The notes below the pieces were generated by a model. It was given only the letters and a program-made list of their open reading frames with translations. It had not been told where the DNA came from and ran no database searches. The translations under genes and the position numbers were made by a program. A DNA stretch of 64,000 nt. It comes from Eubacteriales bacterium (lineage in GTDB: Bacteria; Bacillota; Clostridia; Oscillospirales; CAG-272). This document shows positions 54,467 through 62,186 of the stretch, one piece after another (the stretch's first letter is position 1; each line of letters starts with the position of its first letter). The stretch covers positions 20,646 to 84,645 of the forward strand of contig JAZNXE010000026.1 of assembly GCA_045593725.1 (NCBI GenBank). The letters run 5' to 3'.

Positions 54467-57400
54467 TTAGTCTAGGATAACATATCCGTATGCGCCTACG
54501 GTATAATATACGTCATTAACAGATACCTTAACAGCGTAATTGTTGAAATTAAGGATAAATGCTGTGCCGTTGGAATAACGCTCATATACTATGGAATTAG
54601 CGGGTACTGCGTACTTATTAAAGCCTTCCTTGGATGCTTCTGTACCGTCATCCTCGTTATTTTCTCCACCACCTATTTCTTCAGCGTATTTATTTTCTAT
54701 CTCAACTACGGTAGCATCTTCCTGCTCATCCGCCATATTGTCAGCAAAGTCCGTAAGCTTATCATACTCTGACTTGGTGCTATCAAGTATATTCTTGAGT
54801 CCTGCTACTATGTCAGGCGTGTAAGCATCGTTCTCTGCGTCGTAAAGCTTATCAAAGTTATCATTAGCAAACTCATATTTTTCGATATAGCCGGCTGCGA
54901 TTTCCTTTGCAAGCGCTACGGTATCCTTATACTCATAGTACTTAGTAAGCATATCCTCAAGTGCCTCGCCATACTTCACCTTTGCATCATCACGTGCCGT
55001 TTGTGCCGCCTGCAGCTGCTCCGGGGTTTTATCGGTAGTAGCTTCAAGGTCCTTAAGAGCCTTATCCGCTTCATCGAGAGCTGTCTCAGCCGCATTCAAA
55101 GCCGCATAAGAGTCGGTAAGCTCGGTGAGCTTCTCGGTCTTGGTGTCATATACCTTCTGCGCAGTCTGGAACTCGGGAGCTACGTACTTTTCCCAATCAA
55201 GCAAATTCTTTCTTATTGCCTGAAGCGTTGCCCTAAGCTCTTCCTTATCCTCAGCGGCATCCTGAATATCCTTGTAGATGGAGTTGAAGAGTTCATTGAA
55301 GGAATCTCCCTCTATTTCATCCGCGTTAGGTATTCTAAGACCGTCTATAAACTGGTGAACGTCAATAGTGCTGGTCTGCACGTCCTTAAGCGCTTTGTTT
55401 ATCTCGGAATAATTAGCTATAAGGTCATCAAGCCAGATATCATAGCGTACAGAGTAATAAACGCTGGTATCCTCGTTTTCCTTGAGCAACGAAGTGTTGC
55501 GGTAAGAAAGAATGAACTTAAGCGCAGATCCATTTTCTATGGCTCTGAGAAGCGCGTAGTCTGTATTTCCTTCCATATTAATGGGAGTTGCCGCTGTCTG
55601 TACGTATCCGTGAAGTACAATTCCAAGGAAAGGAACAGTAGCCGCAGAGCTCGCATGACGGCTGGAGTCGGTAGCTATATCAGTGATATAGTCAACGTAT
55701 TTCCATGAGTAAGCGTTTCCTCCCGAGGTCATTACCTTATTGTAATGCTCGTCAAAATACTTGAAGGAATCTATAACAAATCCCTTGGAGTCCTCGCGAT
55801 GGTAAGGCTCATCCTCATCAAAGTCGGAATTAAGATAAGATGCCATTGTGGAAACTGAAATTCCTATGGGATCGTACTCGCTATAATTCTTAGTCAGCTT
55901 TTCATAGAAGCGGCTAAAGTAAGCAGGGGATATAGCAAGCTCAAAATAGTTGATGTATGCCTGTCTTGAAGCACTGTATTCTCTCTTACTGGTATAGCGG
56001 TCGTCTATGGTCCTCGCCGCGTGGGATATAAGAGAAAGTCCGTCGAACATCTTGTTATCAGAGGCGAAAGCAAAATCGAAGTCAGGGTAGAGTCCAAATC
56101 CATTATCCTTAGCGTACTTCAACAGCTCCTCGAACTTCATCTCCTTTTCCACAGAGTTATCCCAATTTAGGTGATAAGGCACCTGGTCAGTGGTAAGTCC
56201 GCCCTTATTATACCCTGTAAGAATAAAGTTGATGTTCTTTATGTCAGAGCCAGAAAGCTCGTCGTACATCCTCTTAATATCATCAAAGCTTGTGAGAGCC
56301 TTCATGGTATTATATGGAATAGACATAAACTTTTCTGTTGTTTCTATTGCTCCAAAGGTTTCGATGTAAAGAGGTATGTCTGCCTTTACATCGTCATCGG
56401 TAAGCTTTGAGAGAGTTCCGTTATTTATTAAATACTCTCTGTATGCCTTTGCCATTCCAACGTAACTGGTGTCATAATAGCCATCACCCGTCTTTACGTC
56501 AGGGTCGGTAAGCATAGTATAGCGTATTCTGAAGTCTCCTGTGTATTTTCTGGGAGACGCTACAACAAATGCTCCGCTTGTAGCTACTGAGATAGCATTA
56601 GAAAGCTTGTATTCGTCGTATGGTCTAGGAGAAATAGACATACGAACGGTATTATAGTACGTAGAATGGTGCGCCGAGAGCGTCATCAGCGACTCACCCT
56701 CTTCTATAACAGCCAGATATCCTCTCGACCGCTCACTTCCATCCGCAAGTGTCTCATCCTCTACCAAGCCAAACACGGGATACCGAACCACTTGGTTGTG
56801 GGGCGCCTGTGTGTTTATCTTGGAGTAAGCGAAGTCGTGTCCATATACGGAACCGTGGAACAAAGTAGGAGAAGACAGCTTTGCCAGCTCCTCAAAATCG
56901 AACAGAGCGCCTGAACCGTCGGGGAAGAATGTGTATCCCGAGTTAGGATTTGAGCCGGATCCCATATAAGGAAGAATCTCTATATCATCCAAACGGTAAA
57001 TAGATTCATCAAATCTTATACCGTTAGCGGGTACACGGACAGTAAGCCCATCCTTATCAAGGGTATATTCAAGAGATATCTTGAACAGGGGTTCGTTCAT
57101 CTCTCTGGGGCTAACACCAAGCTCAAGATGCTCTGAGTCAATATCCTCAAAGGTATATTCGGGGAAATAGGTCTTTATTATATTTTCAATAGTCGCATAC
57201 TCTCTCTTTGTAGCGCAAGTACACTCGTAGAATACAATGTACTCACCGTTTTCATCCGTCATGTCAGCAAAAGGATATTGTTCAAGATAGGCTTTCTTTT
57301 TCTCTTCCTTCTTTGCTTCATCCTTATACGGTGCCAGCTCCTCGGTAAGACCTCGCTTTTCTATAAATGTAAAGAACTGCCCCTTTTCAAAACTTAACAT

Positions 57401-58066
57401 GGACTCGTTATTCTGGACATCACCGAATTCGCGGTCATAGGTTTCAGCTGTAATAAACTTTGGCACCAGATATCTTGAGTCGGTACGGCCAATCTGATAT
57501 TCAACGCGAATACCGTTCTTTATGTACTTTACGTCAATCTGGCTAGTGGAAAGCTTATCCGTGCTCTGACTATTAAGTTCAGTGTCGCCGCCTCTTACCG
57601 AGTAAGTATAGCTGTTATAGGTCTTAGGGTTGTCACCATCACTTGTATCAACGAAGGATATTATAATCTGCGAAAGCATCTCCGCTTTTGTCTTGTCGTC
57701 TTTAACCTTTGTTCCCAAATCGTATGGATTGGAGAAAAGAACATCCCCGGTTACAACGTTTTCTACCGCAACCTCTCCGCTATAAGCGTCAACGTACAGA
57801 CGATAGCCCTCGTGTTCAAGGCGAAGGTCCATAGTTTCAAGCTTCTGCTGCTTTGTATCTACCGTTACTTCAACGGTACCGTCTTCGCCCTTCTTCTCAT
57901 ATTTACCGTTTAGGTAGTCCATCGTAGGAGCATATTTGCTTGTATTGTACTCATACACGGGTGCGTTAGACTCAGTTGAAGTCTCCTGCGCGCTTACCAC
58001 CATAGACAGAGCACTTATAAGCATCAGAAGCGCTAAGAAAGTCGATATTATTCTTTTAATTAACAT
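54467..58066 (-). CDS. Large secreted protein of unknown function (1199 aa) with a long C-terminal coiled-coil insertion. It may be DUF5696-like, but that rests on recollection only
   Basis: It has a signal peptide (MLIKRIISTFLALLMLISALSMVVSAQE) and a GGAGGAGG RBS. A large globular region is followed by a stretch of about 250 aa rich in Ala/Glu/Lys/Asp. A beta-rich tail follows (AFILNFNNYAVKVSVNDVYYTVGAYGYVILD). Confidence 0.75.
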   Translation of the reverse strand: MLIKRIISTFLALLMLISALSMVVSAQETSTESNAPVYEYNTSKYAPTMDYLNGKYEKKGEDGTVEVTVDTKQQKLETMDLRLEHEGYRLYVDAYSGEVAVENVVTGDVLFSNPYDLGTKVKDDKTKAEMLSQIIISFVDTSDGDNPKTYNSYTYSVRGGDTELNSQSTDKLSTSQIDVKYIKNGIRVEYQIGRTDSRYLVPKFITAETYDREFGDVQNNESMLSFEKGQFFTFIEKRGLTEELAPYKDEAKKEEKKKAYLEQYPFADMTDENGEYIVFYECTCATKREYATIENIIKTYFPEYTFEDIDSEHLELGVSPREMNEPLFKISLEYTLDKDGLTVRVPANGIRFDESIYRLDDIEILPYMGSGSNPNSGYTFFPDGSGALFDFEELAKLSSPTLFHGSVYGHDFAYSKINTQAPHNQVVRYPVFGLVEDETLADGSERSRGYLAVIEEGESLMTLSAHHSTYYNTVRMSISPRPYDEYKLSNAISVATSGAFVVASPRKYTGDFRIRYTMLTDPDVKTGDGYYDTSYVGMAKAYREYLINNGTLSKLTDDDVKADIPLYIETFGAIETTEKFMSIPYNTMKALTSFDDIKRMYDELSGSDIKNINFILTGYNKGGLTTDQVPYHLNWDNSVEKEMKFEELLKYAKDNGFGLYPDFDFAFASDNKMFDGLSLISHAARTIDDRYTSKREYSASRQAYINYFELAISPAYFSRFYEKLTKNYSEYDPIGISVSTMASYLNSDFDEDEPYHREDSKGFVIDSFKYFDEHYNKVMTSGGNAYSWKYVDYITDIATDSSRHASSAATVPFLGIVLHGYVQTAATPINMEGNTDYALLRAIENGSALKFILSYRNTSLLKENEDTSVYYSVRYDIWLDDLIANYSEINKALKDVQTSTIDVHQFIDGLRIPNADEIEGDSFNELFNSIYKDIQDAAEDKEELRATLQAIRKNLLDWEKYVAPEFQTAQKVYDTKTEKLTELTDSYAALNAAETALDEADKALKDLEATTDKTPEQLQAAQTARDDAKVKYGEALEDMLTKYYEYKDTVALAKEIAAGYIEKYEFANDNFDKLYDAENDAYTPDIVAGLKNILDSTKSEYDKLTDFADNMADEQEDATVVEIENKYAEEIGGGENNEDDGTEASKEGFNKYAVPANSIVYERYSNGTAFILNFNNYAVKVSVNDVYYTVGAYGYVILD

Positions 58067-58085
58067 TTTAAATACCTCCTCCTTA

Positions 58086-60320
58086 TTACATTCTGTATCG
58101 AAGCTCTGTAGCTATATTGGTAACAAAGCTTACAAGCTTTCCAAGAAGTGTCGTAAACAGAATTGCAATAAACATAATACAAATCATTCCGACAATCGTG
58201 GAAATGGTTATTACAACGTTCTTTCCGATACTGTAATCGTGAGTTATCATCATACCGAAGAAGAGCAATATACCAAGCCATATAAATCCGAGCGCTGTTA
58301 TCAGAGAAACCGTCTTAAGCTCCGCCTGAACAACAAAGTTGGACGCCAGTGTTGCGGGAACAATCGTAAGTATCAACGGCATCAAGGAATAAGTACAAGC
58401 GATATAAATATCCTTGAAGTTTCCTTCACCGTCAAATAGTGTAGTAAGGCACCAGTTAGCTATCATAAAGAGAGCCAAGGGAACGCACAAGCTGGTAAGT
58501 GCCTCAAAGAAGGACAGGTAATTGCCCTGAGGATTTGAAACGTAACCCGCTCCTACAGATTGATAGTAGAATACAAGCACCGCAACTGCGAGTATAGTTG
58601 AACCCGCCCTTACCGAGCCTCTCTTTTCGTGCTTCAAATCCCAGAATCCGTCAAAGGGATGCATAATGAGGTGGAATACAAAGAGCAGTTCCTGTACGTA
58701 GGTTCTCTTTCCAACGGCAGTCGCTGTTTCCTTGTTCACCTTGTTAGCATATTTCATAAACTTAGAAAGCGCGAAGCAAAGAACAAACACTATAATAGGA
58801 ATTGTCCACAGATACTTGGATATCCACTGCTGTCTTAATTCGGTATAGGTAGTTGAGTAGTTAGCAACATCGTATGCGTTCTTATACTGGTCTATTGCCT
58901 TAGTGTACTCGTGACTTCTATAATACGCATTACCCATTCCAATATAAGCTGCATCGAAGTTAGAGTTTCTCTTAATAACCTCTTGCCAGTCATTTATTGC
59001 ATCGTCATATCTACGGTTATTCTGATTTTCAATAGCTCCCATAAGCACGTTTCCGTAGGGAGTTCTTTCATAAACCGTAAACGAACCCGCATCAGAGTGT
59101 CCGTCAAGGAGAAGCATATCGGTTCCCTGATATACTATCGCTTCTGCCTTCTCGATATTTCCAAGAAGCGCTCCTTTATCACCGAAGGCAAAGAGCAGAT
59201 TTCCGTCAAAATCGTATGTAAATACCTTGCTTCTCTCCTGGTCAATTATTGACCAAGTATTCTCAGGACCAACCGCAACGTCAACTATTCTGGAAGGTCC
59301 TACGTACGTAGCGTCATCAGAGTTAATAGCGTTGAAGAAATCAACTTCTCCTGAAGGTGGATAAAATCCGTTTCTTCTCATAAGCTCTGATCCCGCTGCG
59401 TTAAGCATTCTTACAGGAGCAAAGTCTCCGCTCTTGCTCTTATTCCTGATAGCATTAGCTACGTCATCTGTATTGGAAAGGGTAATAGTAGCGTACACAA
59501 AGTCCCCTGCCAGTGCAATGTTATTAAACGGAGGTGCAATTTCCTTGGAATTACTAATCTTCTGCTCTTCTGTCTGGAATCTTCTCCAGATTTTGTCCCA
59601 AAGGGACAGCGAGCTCTTCTGAGCACCGATATATCCGGTAAACTCTCCCTCCTCGGTTATTACCTCGATACCACCCGTAGAGTTACTATTTACGACGTAA
59701 AGTCTGTCGTATCTGTCAACGGCTACTGCGATTGGCATATAGTCGGATGATGCATCAAGAATCTCAGATTTAGGCTTTCCTATCTCCTTAATGAACTTTC
59801 CATCCAGATCGAACACAAGAATTCTTGCGTTACCGGTATCGCATACGTAAATCTTACCGGGAACACCAACACCGTTTACTGTCTTAGAAGCAGAAACAAA
59901 TATTCCCTCAGGAGAATTAAACGTGTCACTGTTTCCATTTGCGTTATCAAAGGTATGTATAACATTCTTTACCGCATAATAAGGGTCGAGTATTATAACT
60001 CTGCCGTTGGCCTTATCAACAACATATACGTTATTGTTTTCATCCACCTCAAGGTCAACGAGGCCAAGCTTGGCTTTCGCAATGTTCTCAAGCTCTTCTT
60101 CAGTCTTGTTAGGATAAAATTGTGAAAGCTTCTCCGTATCCTTAAGGCCCATATACTCTGTGTCTATCTCGGCCTCAGGCGTATAAGCGTGAGGCGAATG
60201 GAGTGCTGTTCCCGATATTGAATATGTGTAAGTGTAATACGATGTTGCTGCGCTTATAGGAAGAGACAAAAGCATTACAACAACGAACACTATACATAAA
60301 ATAGATGTTGTCTTTTTCAT
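58086..60320 (-). CDS. Signal peptide + NHL-repeat beta-propeller + TPR + C-terminal Yip1-type polytopic membrane domain (744 aa)
   Basis: The NHL-like blades include YVVDKANGRVIILD, IYVCDTGNARILVFD and LYVVNSNSTGGIEVI. The TPR-like segment is YDDAINDWQEVIKRNSNFDAAYIGMGNAYYRSHEYTKAIDQYKNAY. The last 230 aa or so hold about 6 TM helices. Confidence 0.75.
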   Translation of the reverse strand: MKKTTSILCIVFVVVMLLSLPISAATSYYTYTYSISGTALHSPHAYTPEAEIDTEYMGLKDTEKLSQFYPNKTEEELENIAKAKLGLVDLEVDENNNVYVVDKANGRVIILDPYYAVKNVIHTFDNANGNSDTFNSPEGIFVSASKTVNGVGVPGKIYVCDTGNARILVFDLDGKFIKEIGKPKSEILDASSDYMPIAVAVDRYDRLYVVNSNSTGGIEVITEEGEFTGYIGAQKSSLSLWDKIWRRFQTEEQKISNSKEIAPPFNNIALAGDFVYATITLSNTDDVANAIRNKSKSGDFAPVRMLNAAGSELMRRNGFYPPSGEVDFFNAINSDDATYVGPSRIVDVAVGPENTWSIIDQERSKVFTYDFDGNLLFAFGDKGALLGNIEKAEAIVYQGTDMLLLDGHSDAGSFTVYERTPYGNVLMGAIENQNNRRYDDAINDWQEVIKRNSNFDAAYIGMGNAYYRSHEYTKAIDQYKNAYDVANYSTTYTELRQQWISKYLWTIPIIVFVLCFALSKFMKYANKVNKETATAVGKRTYVQELLFVFHLIMHPFDGFWDLKHEKRGSVRAGSTILAVAVLVFYYQSVGAGYVSNPQGNYLSFFEALTSLCVPLALFMIANWCLTTLFDGEGNFKDIYIACTYSLMPLILTIVPATLASNFVVQAELKTVSLITALGFIWLGILLFFGMMITHDYSIGKNVVITISTIVGMICIMFIAILFTTLLGKLVSFVTNIATELRYRM

Positions 60321-60336
60321 TTTTCTCCTCCTTATA

Positions 60337-61209
60337 TTAATCCTTCATACCACTGGAGCCCATAGTCTCAATGATATTTGACTGCGATACAACGAATACC
60401 AAAATAGGTACTAGCATCATTACCACGGTTGCCGCCGCACTGGCACCGGCACGTCTTATACCGCCCGCGGTTATCTGACCTATTGCATAGTTGAGCGATT
60501 TGAGCTGCTCGGAGTGTATGTATATACTCGAACCCTGATTCCAGAGTCCCTGGAATGAGTACACTATAAGTGTAAGCCAACCGGGCTTTACCATAGGCAT
60601 AGCTATAACCCAGAAGGTCCTAAACTCGCCCGCGCCGTCAAGTCTGGCACTCTCAAGCACTGAATCATTAACGTTGGATTCCATAAACTGCTTCATCAGG
60701 TAAAGTCCCAACGTAGAGCCCCACGCGGGAACTATAATAGCCCAATAGGTATCAACCATTCCCAAAGCACTCATAAGAATGAAGCTACAAAGTGCCGTTA
60801 CCGTCTGGTGGAACATAAGAGAGGTCTGTACCGTCTTAAACATAAGCTTTCCGCCGGGGAACTTTATCTTTGCAAGAGCGTAAGCCGCAAGCGACGCGAA
60901 GAGAAGGTGTCCCAGAGTACCTGCAAATGATGTAAACACCGTGTTGAATATGTAACGTGAGAAAGGCACCATATTTCCACTCATCAGGGTAAACAGGTCC
61001 TTAAAGTTCTTACCCGTGGGAGCTACTACGTAGAATCTTGGGGGGAACATCCAAAGCTCGTCAAGAGGTTTAAACGCCTGTATTATACAATAATACATAG
61101 GAAGCACCATGAATACTCCGAGCAAAGCAAGGATAACCGTGATACCCGCGTCTCCGCTTCTGGATCGAGCAAATACAACTTTATGTTTTCTTGTTCTTAA
61201 CTTTGCCAT
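60337..61209 (-). CDS. Carbohydrate-type ABC transporter permease (MalG/UgpE-like, 290 aa), first pair
   Basis: It has the EAA-loop motif ESARLDGAGEFRTFWVIAMPMVKP. It lies 1 nt after the upstream stop. Confidence 0.85.
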   Translation of the reverse strand: MAKLRTRKHKVVFARSRSGDAGITVILALLGVFMVLPMYYCIIQAFKPLDELWMFPPRFYVVAPTGKNFKDLFTLMSGNMVPFSRYIFNTVFTSFAGTLGHLLFASLAAYALAKIKFPGGKLMFKTVQTSLMFHQTVTALCSFILMSALGMVDTYWAIIVPAWGSTLGLYLMKQFMESNVNDSVLESARLDGAGEFRTFWVIAMPMVKPGWLTLIVYSFQGLWNQGSSIYIHSEQLKSLNYAIGQITAGGIRRAGASAAATVVMMLVPILVFVVSQSNIIETMGSSGMKD

Positions 61210-61210
61210 A

Positions 61211-62158
61211 TCACGATCCTACCTTTGAAATTATCTTCTTAACAAGCATATTTGAGCCTATCATTATCACGAACAGAACTACGGCTATGGCAGAGGCGTA
61301 ACCGGTTTCAAATCTGATTCCTCCGTAGTCATCGAGGTGGTGAACTATGGTATGCGCCGCATAGTCAACAGACGGGAATCCGCAAAGAGCTGTAACGACT
61401 CCGCCAAATCCGAACGCGCCGGTAATAGCCATAATAGCACCAAACATAAGCTGATTCTTCATATTTGGAAGCGTTATGTAATAAAGCTCCTGCCATCTGT
61501 TCTTAATACCGTCAACCGCACCTGCCTCAAACTGCGCCTTGTCTATTCCCTGAAGACCCGCGATAAACGCAAGGAAGGATGTTCCCAGCGAGGTCCAGAG
61601 GGCAACCACAATACACAAGGGCATTACGTAATCCGCATCCTGGAAGAATACAATCTCTTCATTTATTATTCCCAGCTCCAAAAGCCATGCGTTTACCCAA
61701 CCGTAGCGGTCACCCGAGAAAAGTGTACCCCAGATAAGATATACCTGACCCGATATAGAGGGAGCATAGAATACGAGGGTTACGATAGCTCTTATTCTCG
61801 GTGAAAGCTCGTTGATAAACCAAGCAACCAAGAAGGACATTATGTACGAAACAGGTCCAACGATGGCGGCAAATATCAAAGTGTTCTGACAAGCTATGAT
61901 GAATATATCATCGTCAAGGAAAAGTCTTATATAGTTATCGAACCATATAAAATCAGGAACCTGCAACAGGTTAAAGTTAGTAAAGCTTATAACCAGTGAA
62001 AGTACGACAGGAAGGACGGTAAAGCAGGTAAAGATGAGCATATACGGTGCTACCATCAGGTACGCCACCTTATTTCTCTTCATTTCGTGCCATGTCCATT
62101 GCGCCATCGTCATATCCTTGCGCACCACAGCTTTCTTTTTCGCTGTATTTTGTGACAT
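61211..62158 (-). CDS. Sugar-type ABC transporter permease (MalF/UgpA-like, 315 aa), first pair
   Basis: It has the EAA-loop motif EAGAVDGIKNRWQELYYITLPNMKN. The RBS is AAGGAG. Confidence 0.85.
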   Translation of the reverse strand: MSQNTAKKKAVVRKDMTMAQWTWHEMKRNKVAYLMVAPYMLIFTCFTVLPVVLSLVISFTNFNLLQVPDFIWFDNYIRLFLDDDIFIIACQNTLIFAAIVGPVSYIMSFLVAWFINELSPRIRAIVTLVFYAPSISGQVYLIWGTLFSGDRYGWVNAWLLELGIINEEIVFFQDADYVMPLCIVVALWTSLGTSFLAFIAGLQGIDKAQFEAGAVDGIKNRWQELYYITLPNMKNQLMFGAIMAITGAFGFGGVVTALCGFPSVDYAAHTIVHHLDDYGGIRFETGYASAIAVVLFVIMIGSNMLVKKIISKVGS

Positions 62159-62186
62159 GAGTTTTTCTCCTTAATTATAATGCAGA

